A stretch of DNA of 64,000 nt from the human T2T-CHM13v2.0 reference genome, Homo sapiens, in assembly GCF_009914755.1 (NCBI RefSeq), contig NC_060940.1. One strand, 5' to 3'. Both the position numbers and the translations under genes were made by a program. Positions 1-11,961 of this stretch are shown here, piece by piece; position 1 is the first letter of the stretch, and each line of letters opens with the position of its first letter. The notes beneath the pieces are model-generated. The model saw only the letters and a program-made list of their open reading frames with translations. It did no database searches and had not been told where the DNA came from.

Positions 1-39
1 TTGAAATTGTGACAATACCCCCAGCCATGCCCTTCCATC

Positions 40-672
40 TTCCCACCGTGCAATCAGTGCACCACCTCCCACCATGCAATCCAGAGCACCACCTCTCAGC
101 AAAACCTCCAGGATCCACCTCAAACCCAGCCCCATCCCACAGCCATCACCCTGGTCCGGGCCACCAATAGCTCTTGCTCGGACACAGGCAGTCACCTCTC
201 CAGGGAGCACCCAGTGTCCCTTCTGCCCTCGTTCTGGTCCGTCCTTCACCCACAAATGGAGAGTGTATTTTAGCATTAGATCAGTTCATGTCGCTCTCTC
301 GCTTAAAACCCGCCCCTGGCTTCCACTGCCTGGCATGAGAATCACCACTGCCTGCCCCACGGGACTGGCCCTGCCACCTGCCCCATGCCCGCTCCCCTAG
401 CTCATGGTCCCCCAGAGTCACTGGCCTCCACCATCCTCTCAGCCAAACCCCACCAGCCACCACTGCGTGCCACCCACCCACCCCGCCAGCCTCTCCATCA
501 CGTATTCCTCCTTCCCTTCTTTTGGGAAACTCTTTTCTTCTTGTTTGTTCATTTTATTTTCTGTGTCCCCAACTCGAATGGAGGCCACGCAGAACACTGT
601 CTGTCTCATTCACTTCTGTGTCCCTGGAACCTAGAACCATGCCTGGCACACAGAACGTGCTTGATAGGTACT
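40..672 (+). mobile_element. Old L2 LINE 3' fragment
   Basis: L2 3'-end-like text 'cctagaaccatgcctggcacacagaacgtgcttgataggtactga' at about 630-673, with degenerate L2-like sequence upstream. Boundaries are approximate. Confidence 0.5.
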
Positions 673-770
673 GAGACAGAGACATACAGAGAAGGAAAGA
701 GGGAGAGAGACAGAGAAAGAGAGAGAAAATAAGAGAAGGGGAAGGAGAGATGGCGGAGAGGGAGGGAGAA
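673..770. repeat. GA-rich low-complexity tract
   Basis: gagacagagacatacagagaaggaaagagggagagagacagagaaagagagag... Confidence 0.8.
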
Positions 771-1356
771 CCGAACGCTGAATCCAGGGGTTCCTCTCCC
801 ACCCCTCATGTGCCCATGGTAACAAGGGAGTCCCCCTCTTCTGACCCCTTGTTGTCAAAAAGTCCATCAAGCAAGAACGCCCGAGCCCCAGGCCCCCTCT
901 GAAATTCCCAAGAAGGAAGCACCCCAAGAAGGAAGGCGCGCAGGACGCTGCTCTGGAGCCATCGGGTTCCCAGTCTGCTCACCACGCTCAAGGAGCCCCT
1001 TAACAGGAGCAGGAGGAGAAAAGACACCCAGCCTGGGGTTCCCCCAGGACAAGGCCATGCTGTAACCCAGGCTTGGTCCTGGCCCTGACCGTGGGAAGCC
1101 CACCCCACAGGCCCTCGCCCAGGCAGGCCTGAGGCCCATGCACCGCTAAAGGCCTGGAGAGGGGGTCCCACCGCAGCCTCACCTGGGTCCCCTGGGGTCA
1201 GGGTAAGCTGGGACAAAGGGACCACCGGTTGCTATGGGAGAGGGAGAAGGCACAACTTTCCCGGTAGAATGGGCTCCTGCTGTGCTCTGAGCCCTGGGTC
1301 ACTGTCCGCACTCTGGGGAGGGAGGAGAGGAGCCTGGAGCCCCAAGGGCGCGGCTG

Positions 1357-1530
1357 GCAATAAAGGCAGATGCTCAAGTTGATGCCGTCCCACGCACTTG
1401 AGGCTGGGTCCAGGGGTGGCACTGACACGGCTGGGGAGCCCACTCCGGAGGTATGACCCGGGGATGTGCACAGCCACATTCCAAAGACACACGGGATGAG
1501 ATCAGCCCAGGTGACCCTGGGACTTTGCCC
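1357..1530 (+). promoter_or_regulatory. ENPP7-derived proximal promoter with a CDX-like motif (GCAATAAA, 1357-1364) and an HNF4-like motif (GGGACTTTGCCC, 1519-1530)
   Basis: Motifs read directly, 60-230 bp upstream of the ENPP7-like ATG. ENPP7 is expressed in intestine. Function is inferred. Confidence 0.4.
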
Positions 1531-1588
1531 TCTTCGGCAGGAGCCAGCCCTGTGCACCCTGTGTGCCTGTCCATCTGGAAGGCCCAGC

Positions 1589-1841
1589 ATGAGAGGCCCG
1601 ACCGTCCTCCTCACTGTGGCTCTGCCCACGCTCCTGGCTCCCAGGGCCGGGGCACCGGTACAAAGTCAGGGCTCCCGGAACAAGCTGCTCCTGGTGTCCT
1701 TCGACAGCTTCCGCTGGAACTACGAGCAGGACGTGGACACCCCCAACCTGGACGCCATGGCCCGAGATGGGGTGAAGGCACGCTACATGACCCCCGCCTT
1801 TGTCACCATGACCAGCCCCTGCCACTTCACCCTGGTCACCG
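1589..1841 (+). pseudogene. ENPP7P13: ENPP7 (alkaline sphingomyelinase) exon 1 duplicate; unprocessed partial pseudogene
   Basis: ATG 1589 gives MRGPTVLLTVALPTLLAPRAGAPVQSQGSRNKLLLVSFDSFRWNYEQDVDTPNLDAMARDGVKARYMTPAFVTMTSPCHFTLVTG: a signal peptide plus the ENPP7 N-terminus with the TMTSPCH active-site motif. A GTGAGT donor follows at 1842. No later ENPP7 exons were recognised. The P13 number is inferred from the neighbouring OR16 genes. Confidence 0.9.
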
Positions 1842-2263
1842 GTGAGTACTGCCCCAGGATGGGGCCTGGGGGTGGGAGGGCCTGAGAAAATAGGTGGCAC
1901 AGAGCCCTGTCGTGCAGGAAAAAGGGGAGAGGTCCTTGCTCCATGCACAGGACACAGCCAAGGGGAACATTAGGAATACCTCACCGTTGGTAGCAACAGA
2001 TCTGGGACAAAGAAAAATGACCAGGGGGGTCCTTAAACCCGTGGCCACAGGCAGGGCAGCAACCCCAAAAGGCTTCAGGAGGAGGGGAGTGTGGCAGGCT
2101 CCCAGCCGGCTCCCACGGCTCCCCTCTCCTGCCTGCCCTTCCAGCTGGCTGTGTCAGCCTCTCCCTCTCCCTTGCATCGTTTCCATCTCCCAGCCAAGAC
2201 CTCCCTGACAGATCTGCCCAGGCTGTAGACAATACAGACAGGTTTTTAAAAAGCCAAATATGG

Positions 2264-2528
2264 GGCCAGGCGCAGTGGCCCACGCCTGTAATCCCAGCAC
2301 TTTGAGAGGGTGAGGCGGGCAGACCACTGGAGGTCAGGAGTTCGAGACCAGCCTGGCCAACATGGCGAAACCCCGTCTCTATAAAAACACAAACATTAGC
2401 CAGGCATGCTGGCGCATGCCTGTAATCCCAGCTACACAGGAGAATTGCATGAACCCAGGAGGTGGAAGTTGCAGTGAGCTGACATCGCGCCACTGCACTC
2501 CAGCCTGGGTGACAAAGCAAGACTGCAT
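2264..2528 (+). mobile_element. AluS with an internal right-arm deletion and no poly(A) tail
   Basis: ggccaggcgcagtggcccacgcctgtaatcccagcac...gcactccagcctgggtgacaaagcaagactgc; the 'ctcgggaggctgagg' segment is missing. Confidence 0.9.
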
Positions 2529-2555
2529 ATAAAATATATATGTCTATACATATAT

Positions 2556-3075
2556 TTTTGCTCCCGCAGCCGCGGCTTTTTGCCGCCGCTTTCTGCCGCC
2601 GCCCCTTTTTGCCGCAGCTTTCTGCCGCCGCCGCCGCCGCCGCCGCTTTCTGCCGCCGCCGCCTTTTGCCGCCGCCGCTTTTTGCCGCCGCCGCCTTTTG
2701 CCGCCGCCACTTTTTGCCGCCGTCGCCGCCGCCGCGGCTTTTTGCCTCCGTCCCCGCCGCCGCCGCTTTTGCCGCCGCCCCCGCCGCGGTTTTTTGCCCC
2801 CGCCGCCGCGGCTTTTTGCGGCTTGTTGCCCCCGCCGCCGCGGCTTTTTGCCCCCGCCGCCGCTGTTTTTTGCCGGCGCGGCTTTTTGCCCCCGCCGCCG
2901 CGGCTTTTTGCCCCTGCCGCCGTGGCTTTTTGTGGCTTTTGCCCCCGCGGCTTTTTGCCCCCGCCGCCGCGGGTTTTTGCCGTCGCGGCTCTTTGCCCCC
3001 GCCGCCACAGCTCTTTGCCCCCGACGCCGCGCCTTTTTGCCCCCGACGCCGCAGCTTTTTGCCCGCCGCGGCTCT
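2556..3075. repeat. CpG-rich tandem repeat of (GCC)n blocks punctuated by T3-T6 tracts; the distal part has a unit of about 22 bp, GCCCCCGCCGCCGCGGCTTTTT
   Basis: Directly visible. It explains the overlapping Ala/Pro/Arg-rich ORFs on both strands. Confidence 0.95.
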
Positions 3076-3218
3076 GAGGGCGGGAGCGGCACACTCGGCT
3101 GCCAGCTCTACCGGCGTCCTGGCTCGGGCAGCGCTGAGGGGCGCTCCTGGTCCAGCTCTCCCGGATCGGGGGTCCCTTGCCTACGCGCCGGCGCCCCGGG
3201 CTCCCCGCCTTGGCCGCT

Positions 3219-3428
3219 GCGGCGCTCCGCGCGGCCGCGATGTGAGAGAAGAAGGAGGGCGGTGGCGGGGGTGATGCGGCGGCCGCGGTGGGAGGCGCAG
3301 GGGCGGCGGCCAGCCGGGCGCTGCAGCAGTGCGGGCAGCTCCAGAACCTCATCGGCAGCCTGCGCGGGCTGCGCACCAAGTGCGCTGTGTCCAACGACCT
3401 CACCCAGCAGGAGATACGGACCCTGGAG
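3219..3428 (+). pseudogene. KSR1: KSR1 (kinase suppressor of Ras 1) exon-1 duplicate, disabled; a paralogous fragment, not the KSR1 locus
   Basis: The frame reads [69 protein letters not shown], then a GTAAGG donor at 3429. This matches the recalled KSR1 N-terminus except for TGA at 3243-3245, a 4-codon deletion near 3353 and two substitutions. Confidence 0.88.
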
Positions 3429-4256
3429 GTAAGGGGTGTGTGGACCCCGGCTGGGCTCGAGGAGCGGCCCGGACACCTCCCTCCGGGCCCTAGTTCACTT
3501 CTGGTGGAGTTGCATCCTTGAGCTCGAGTCGCCCGGTTGGAGGCTTCTCCCTCCTGCACTCGCTGATGCGGCAGCCGGAGGACCCCGGTCCAGCCCTCAC
3601 CTTGGGCAGGATTTCTGGGGCGGGTGCGTGGTGGGAACTGGGATAGAGGCTCGAGGGGCCCATGGGTGGGGTGGGCTGCGCGCGGACATCCCCTTACCCC
3701 CTCCCCCCCGAATTTCCATCTGGTCCAGCCCTCTCATCTTGTAGGTGAGGAAACCGAAGGCCTGAGGGAGAACTGACTTGCCAGGAACCCCTGTTAAGGA
3801 GAATTAACAAAGAGTGGTTATTAAAGGAGAACTGAGTTGGGAGTCAGACCTGGAGGCCCACACGCTTGGTTAAGACATTATACCACCTTGAATCTGGCAT
3901 GCTGACTGAGGGTGAGCCACTCCATCCTCGTCTGATTGTGGGGTCTTGACCTCAAGGGGTTTCTTGCAGGAAAAAGCAAATAGGCTTGCTTTCCTAGCTC
4001 TGTCCAGTACCTTAGGGACCCTGAGGACCGGAGAGATTCTTGGAGAGCCATCTGGTGTATGTCATGGGTGGGCCTTTTTTGAAGGTCAGTCTGCCCAGTG
4101 GGCTGGCTCAGCCCGAATGAACTGTCTTGAATCTTTGGAGTTGTCTGTGTACTTTTAAGGGCTTCTCATCCTTGCACCAAAAGATCCCCTGGAAATTAGG
4201 TGGGAAAACCTTAACTTTTGTGGGGCCTTGTGTTTGTCTTAAAAGTTCCTGCACAT

Positions 4257-4516
4257 GGCCAGGTGGAGTGGCTCACACCTGTTATCTTGTCCTGGATCCC
4301 TTGAGTCAAGGAGTTTGAGAACAACCTGGACAATATAGTGAGACCCCGTCTCTACAAAAAATAAAATATTATCCAGGGGTGGTTGTGCGCATCTGTAGTT
4401 CCAGGTACTACTGTGGCTGAGGTGGGAGGAGCACTTGAGCCTGCACTGAGCTGTGATCTCACCAGTGTACTCCAGTCTGGGCCACAGAGCAAGACCTTGA
4501 CGCAAAAAAAAAAAAC
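4257..4516 (+). mobile_element. AluJ-like element with deletions
   Basis: ggccaggtggagtggctcacacctgt...gagtttgagaacaacctggacaatatagtgagacccc...cagagcaagaccttgacgc plus an A tail. Confidence 0.8.
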
Positions 4517-4636
4517 CAACAAGAAAAATTCTTGAAGATTTTGCATTCTGTCTCACTATCCATTGGTTTTCATGTCTAGATAATGTCAGAAATTCTTTAC
4601 AATTGCTTCCAGAAGGAGTAGCCTTTTGATCTAGTG

Positions 4637-4831
4637 CACAGGTGTCCAGTCTTTTGGCTTCTCAGGGCCACATTGGAAGAAGAATGCTCCTAGGCCGCAC
4701 ATAAAATACACTAATGCTAACGATAGCTGATGAGCTTAAAAAAAAAAAAAAGGTTTGTGCATAATTTTCATGATACCCACCACCACAGATAGGTGGAAAA
4801 GTCCTTGTAGTCAAAGGGTTGGACACAGCTG
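4637..4831. mobile_element. MER30-type hAT/Charlie MITE with a perfect 8-bp target-site duplication (TSD)
   Basis: caggtgtccagtcttttggcttc...gatagctgatgagctt...gggttggacacagctg. ATCTAGTG is duplicated at 4629-4636 and 4832-4839. Confidence 0.85.
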
Positions 4832-5196
4832 ATCTAGTGTCTTGTCGTCCATTTTGGCTTTCTCCCTGATTCCAGAATGCAGGTAGAGATGTAGAGACAT
4901 GCTTTCAGGACAGCTATTGAGATAAAAAATTCGTTGTCATTTATTCCCAAGCACAGCTGTTTGTCATTTTCATTGAAAAAGTCTCCATTTAAACTGCTGT
5001 CACATATAAAATCTATTTATATAAGTCTGTATTTTTCTGTTGTCTTGGCCTTTGTGGGCAGTAGTGTGTTTTAACCGAGCAAACTGTCCTTCCAAATAAT
5101 GAAGCTGAAGTCAGCCTACCTGCTTGCCATTTTTCTTCCCCTTCCATTTTTCTAACCTCAGGATAATTGTAAGAATGAATTAAGATTTGTGTTTAA

Positions 5197-5312
5197 GGCC
5201 GGGCACAGTGTCTCAGGCCTGTAATCTCAGTACTTTGGGAGGCAGAGACAGATGTATCGCTTGAGCTCAGGAGTTGAAGACCAGCCTGGGCAACATACTG
5301 AGACTCTGTCTT
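5197..5312 (+). mobile_element. Free left Alu monomer (FLAM-like)
   Basis: ggccgggcacagtgtctcaggcctgtaatctcagtac...cctgggcaacatactgagactctgtct. Confidence 0.8.
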
Positions 5313-6214
5313 GTATAATTAAATTAAAATTTAATAAAAGAAGAGGAAAAGACCTGTGTTTCAAATTTAAAAAAAGGGGGGAAAGTGTAATGCAAAATGT
5401 GGACTATGCCAGCTATGATTGGGAAAAATAATTTTTCCTACAGCATTATCTGTAGACTTGTATTAGCAGCATACTGGTCATAAGCATTTTGCTTTCCTCA
5501 AATATGATGAGGTAAGCTACTTTAAAGTGTGGTGGGGCTTTCTTCTGCGTGGCTCCTGGAGGTGTTGAGTCCCAATTTAGCCAATTAATTTGGGTTTAGT
5601 TTTGATATGGATAAGGGAGACCAACTTCGTTCATGGTGCACACACAGTTTTGCCAATAAGGAGAAAAAAAAGCCACCTGAATGTTCCTACTCATTAGATG
5701 CTATCTGGAGAGCTCCTACCCCACCCCCACCAAGGCCCGGGCCCTTAAAAAGACTCAATGCAGCCTTTCTGTATCTCATACTGTATTCTGCAAGATGCTC
5801 CTGTGAAAGAAAGTTGTGCTGCATCAGCCGTCTCCCTTCTGAAGATCCCTGCGGATGAGGATTTGTGTTTTAAAGGTTCTGAGAAGTCCTGCAACAACAG
5901 TTCTCAAACTTATTTGTCCAGGGGATCTTTTCTTCCACTGAACGTAGTTGGGGAGACATGGCCTTAAGCCTTGAGCAGAGAAAGAGACAAGAAACTGTTG
6001 CCTCACTTACAACCAAGTGTTGTGTTTATGTTTTAGGTTTTTATGAAACTGAGGTGCTGTTTGAGGTTCTAAATCAAATTGGGTGGTTGAAGAGAGGCTG
6101 GTATCCCTGTAGACTTAGCCAGCCATGAGAGGTTGCCTTTTGTTGAAGGAGGTGTTTTACAAGGAAATAGGGTGTCTCCTGGGCATCGCATTAGCACTTA
6201 AATACATGTATCAC

Positions 6215-7478
6215 TGAAATGAAATGAAATGATGAAATGATGAAATGAAATTAAATGATGAAATGAAGAAATGAAATGAAATGATGAAATGGAATGAAAT
6301 GAGGAAATGAAATGAAGTGAAATGATGAAATGATGAAATGAAATGATGAAATGATGAAATGGTGAAATGAAGAAATGATATGAAATGATGGAATGAAATG
6401 AAGTGAAATGATGAAATGAGGAAATGAAATGATGAATTGAAATGATGAAATGAATGACGAGATGAAAAGATGAAATGAAATAATGAAATGAGGACATGAA
6501 AAGGTGAAATGAATTGATGAGATGAAATGAAATCATGAGATGAAATGAGATGAAATGAAATGATGAGATGAAATGAAATCGAGATGAAATGATGAAATGA
6601 TGAGATGAAGTGAAATGATGAAATGATGAGATGAAGTGAAATGATGAAATGATGAGATGAAATGATGAAATGAAATAAGGAAATGATGAAATGATGAAAT
6701 GATGAAATGAAATGATGAAATGAAGTGAAATGAAATGAAATGATGAAAAGATCAAATGATGAAATGATATGAAATGATGAAATGAAATCAAATGATGAAA
6801 TGAAGTGACATGATTAAATGATGAAATAATGAAATGAAATGATGAAATGATGAATAGATGAAATGATCAAATGAAATGAAATGATGAGATGAAAAGATGA
6901 AATGAGATGAAATGAAATCATGAGATGAAATGATGAAATGATGAGATGAAGTGAAATGATGAAATGAAATGAAGTGACGAAATGCAAACGATGAGATGAA
7001 ATGATGAAATGAAATAATGAAATGAAAGGATGAAATGATGAGATGAAATGATGAAAGGATGAAATGAAATGAAATGAGGAAATGAAATGATGAAATTATG
7101 AAGTGAAATGATGAAATGAAAAGATGAAGTGATGAAATGATGTTATGAAATGATGAAATGATGAAATGAAGTCAAATGATGAAATGATGAAATGGTGAAA
7201 TGAAATGATGAAATAAATGAAATGAAATGAATTGATGAAATGATGAAATGAAATGCAATGAGATGAAAAGATGAAATGACGAGATGAAAAGATGAAATGA
7301 TGAGATGAAATGAAATCATGAGATGAAATGAATAAATGAGATGAAGTGAAATGATGAAATGAAATGTTGTGATGAAATGATGAAATGATGAAATGATGAG
7401 ATGAAATGAGATGAAATGATGAAATGAAAAGATGAAATGATGAAATGAGGAAATGAAATGAAATGATGAAATAGATGA
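6215..7478. repeat. (GAAAT/GAT)n simple satellite, about 1.26 kb
   Basis: Continuous gaaatgaaatgatgaaatgatgagatgaaat... It differs from the GGAAT unit of HSat2/3. Confidence 0.97.
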
Positions 7479-7573
7479 ACCAAAAATACTTATTCATTTT
7501 TTTTCTTGGCATCCTTCTAAGAGTATTTTAGTGAGGTTAATTTCTAAAAATAAATTGCTATTCAATGGCTATA

Positions 7574-7948
7574 CAGTTGGCCTTTACACCACAGGGGTTT
7601 GAACTGTGCAGGTCCACTTAGCAAAACCAACAATTCTACATCTTTCTCCACACCCTGCCCAGGAAAAGGATGAGGATGAAGACCTGTCTGATCATCTACT
7701 TCCATTTAATAACTAGTAAATATATTTTCCTTATCATTTTCTTTTTCTTTTCTCTGGCATGTTTGTTAAGAATACAGTATATAAGACATATAACATATTA
7801 AATATGTGTTAATTGACTGCTTGTGTTATTTGTAAGGCTTACAGTAGGCTATTAGTAGTTAAGTTTTGGGGGAGTCAAAGTTATAGTGGATTTTCTACTG
7901 TGCAGTGGGGCCAGCGCCCCAACCTCCGTGTTGCTTAAGGGTCAACTG
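7574..7948. mobile_element. Tigger2a/MER28-type TcMar DNA transposon
   Basis: Terminal inverted repeats CAGTTGGCCTTTA...TTAAGGGTCAACTG, each flanked by TA. Confidence 0.8.
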
Positions 7949-10181
7949 TACATGTTATTTCCTTTCCTGTAAGAGAAAAATGATGAGAAGGTCTTTTCTC
8001 CAATAAGTGTATTCAAAATGTAGCAGATTTGAAATGTGTTGGCGCCACCATTTTGCATCTCACTTTGAAAACTTATTATTAAAAATCGTACTAAAGCCTA
8101 CCTTACTTTTCCAACCTTAGAAAAAATGTTGCAAAGAAAAGGGGTGAATCCATGCTAGTTTGCACTGAAATTTGAAATTATCTTTTAAAAATATATTTTT
8201 ACTTTAATTACTTCCAAAATAGAGATCAGTTGCATACAAATGGCAGGTCACTCTAATCCACCCTATGACTGCACTTAGATTCATGAGGAATTGTGCCAAC
8301 TAGAAAGGGCAGAGAAGAGGAATAGAGTGCTCTGCGTCTTGAAATATAAACATGCACATAGCCACATGCTTTGATTCTGTTATCACTGGGTACTTACTGC
8401 TAGGAAGAGGGCACGTTTGTGTATTTTTATGCTAATTATTATCCAAGTTGTTAATGATTTAGGCTTTCAGAACCATATAAAGATTTTTTTCCTTTCAGAT
8501 ATAAACTATCTTGCATTGTTCTTCTGACCATATGAGGGATAAATTTGCCTAAACATTCTTCAGACCATAATATGATGTCCATATAAATGCCAGTAGCAAG
8601 AGTAGAATCAACCACAACTGCCTTTGTAATTATTTAAAGCATGTGTGCCTATAAGTAATTGGCATTTTATATAATCAAGAATCTTTGATATAATAATCTC
8701 TCAACTATTTGAAACATGGCTCACATATATTAATTTTATATGCAAATATATATATAACATCACTGTATATGAAACTAAATTTTGGACTTTAGAACAGCTT
8801 CTTAGAATCTTGACTTAAATGTCCACAGTAATATTTGACTTAAAAAATTTAGCACACTGTCACTATGATGAAAAAAATTACTATAAAATTATTTAAAAAA
8901 TTTTTCCACCCTAACATTTAGAACATTCTCACATTTGTGGTTAAAACCTATTGTGATTGTTCTTAGAATTTAGATAAAAAATGTTCCAGAAAGTTTGAAG
9001 AGAAGCACTTTAGTCGATTTTTATTTGTTCAAGCATGAAGAAATGGCATTTCATTGACATTTTAAAAACTATTCAGATTCCCTCTTTGAATTGAAGTGTT
9101 TCAAAGATATCTTATTTTAAAATACCAAAATAGGAATAGAATATGAAGGGCTGGTTATGAGTAATATGATACACTTTTTTGAGAGGATGAGATTACAATA
9201 ACAATACCTCCTCTCATAGAATAGCCAGCAAGTCTCCACTAAATAAGAGTGCCTTGATTTTATAGATGTTTAATCATGGATATTGAGATAATGCGAACGA
9301 TTTGTAGACACAGGAGTTTATTAAAGAATTATATAATACCTTTCAAGTGTTGAAATTAAGCCTGCATCCCCACAATTTTCAGAGGTGCTGATGCCTAATA
9401 AACTCAACCCCTTGCATGCCAAAATTGGCTTAAAGCCCACCCATTACCCAAGCTACACTTCAAGCATCAAGGTTCAAAAATGTAATTTTAAATATGCAAG
9501 AGTTTGAGGAATTCACTACTCACACTTTCTTGAACAGTCTATCCAAGTGCATCAAGCAAAATGTGAGTAAAGAAATTTTGACCAAAGGATTGATAGTAAT
9601 GTTGAAAACATTTAATAGTAGATCTAAGATTAAAAGGTGAGAGTGAGGGTGAGAAGAGTGTATGAATGCTTTGTGTTCTGACAAAGAGAATGTAGCACCC
9701 ATGTCCTACCTGCTTGGTTGCATTGCCAGTGCCCACGGTAGGCTATTTTATCCAGGTTTTTAGTTTTTTTTGTTTGTTTGTTTTCTTTTGTTTTTTTTTT
9801 TTTTTTTTTTCAGGAGAGTTAGTCCAAAACCAATAACTCCATAACTGGTAGAATTGGAAGACTTTAATAGTGCTTAACATTTTGTACATAGCTTTATAAC
9901 AGTTTTCTTTTTCTTTTTTTTCTGAGAGATTCTTTTCAATATACCCCATCATGGTTGAACTCAAAGTCATTGCTTATTTGAAATTTACAACTGCTGACGT
10001 TTTGTAACCTTCGCATTCCAGGTAATTGGTTTTTTGTGCATTTTCTGTATTTTTCTCCATCAGTCTACCTAGATATTTGTTAGATTTAATATTTTAATAT
10101 TTTTCTGAAAAAGTGAGCTTTTGCGTTTTTAAATATATACTCAGTTGCTTTAATACTGCTTTTTCATGTACTGGTTCCTCC

Positions 10182-10479
10182 TTTTTTTTTTTTTTTTTTT
10201 TTGAGATGGAGTCTTGCTCTGTCGCCGAAGCTGGAGTGCATTGATCTCTACTCACTGCAACCTCCACCCGCCACGTTCAAGCAATTCTCCCACCTCAGCC
10301 TCCCGAGTAGCTGGGATTACAGGTGCATGCCACCATGCCAGGCTAATTTTTGTATATTTAGTAGAGAATGGGTTTCACCATGTTGGACCAGGCTGGTCTC
10401 GAACTCCTGACCTCAGGTGATCCACCTGCCTCGGCCTCCCAAAGTGCTGGGATTACAGGCGTGAACCATGGCACCTGGC
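10182..10479 (-). mobile_element. AluS
   Basis: Poly(T), then gagatggagtcttgctctgtcgcc...cctgacctcaggtgatccacc...gggattacaggcgtgaacc. Confidence 0.95.
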
Positions 10480-11648
10480 TATTTCCTTCATTCTTTATGT
10501 TTATTTTACTGGTTTTATCTCTCTCTCTCTCACTGTTTCTCTCCTTCTCATATTCACTTTGCAGTTGTCAAATAGCCCAGGTGATGTTACAGATTTACTC
10601 CTTATAAAAGGAGGCATTACACATTACACATGCATCTTAGTGGCCTTACAAAAGTGTTTGGTTCATTTGTATTGACTATTCACCTTTAAAATATTTCAAT
10701 ATTCATTAAAATAGCTTCCAGCCAATATTATTAGACCTATGTTTCTAGCTTTCTTTTTTGTATTGATATCTACCTTCATTGCTGTTTGTTTAGGAAATAT
10801 ATTCTGTGTCACGTTATTTTCGTGAAAATTGTTTGAATTTGTGGTATGGTCTAGAAAATGTTAATTTTTGTAAGTATTCTGTATGAACATGAAAATAACA
10901 TGAATTATAATATTCATGTTCCTTATATAACATTTGCCCTTTTTAAAATCCACTAGCTTCTTTTAAAACTTACTCTTTTAATTTTTTCTTTTATCTATTA
11001 CTGAAAGATGTGTGTTTCAAAAGTCTATAATGATTTGGGGGCTTATCCATTTCTACTTACTTTCTGATATTTTTGCTTTATATAATTTGACTCTCTCTCT
11101 AAATACGTATATGTGTGAGTGTGTGGTGTGTGTGTATATATGTATGTATGTATCAGGCTAATGCACATTTAAGTCATCACATCGTCTTAATAACTTAAAT
11201 CTTTTATCACACTGGTTAGACTAACTTATTTTAATAAATGTTTCTAACTTACATTCTATTTTGTCTACATAGCAAGTTTTTAAAAAATTATATTCATGTA
11301 GTATGTTTGTATGTATATCATATATACACAGTATCTGTATTGTTTGAACTTCAAAGTTTCTGTAAATTAATATATTAGTTACCTCTCTTGTAACTATGAT
11401 AGAGATGGACTTTTTTAATTTTGCCAATCTTTGTATTTTAACAAAAACATTGTCTACTTAGGTTTAAGTTAATCTTTGATCATTTATACTTAATTTGTTT
11501 TATTAATTTGTTGTATATATATATATTGTCTCATTTTCTCCTATTAGTTTCTGTCTTCTTGTTTTTAAATTATGACTTTTATTTTTATTGTTTTCATAGA
11601 TAACAACAGAGAAATGCATAACGTCCAGTGAATTTATTAAAGTTCCAA

Positions 11649-11961
<313 letters not shown>

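Noticed and set aside
2432-3559. Overlapping 165-375 aa Ala/Pro/Arg/Gly-rich ORFs on both strands
   Set aside because: By-products of a stop-free GC-rich tandem repeat and CpG island. Only the KSR1-like frame shows real homology.
6198-7512. Ser/Phe/His/Ile-rich minus-strand ORFs (197 and 138 aa)
   Set aside because: Translations of the (ATTTC/ATC)n satellite.
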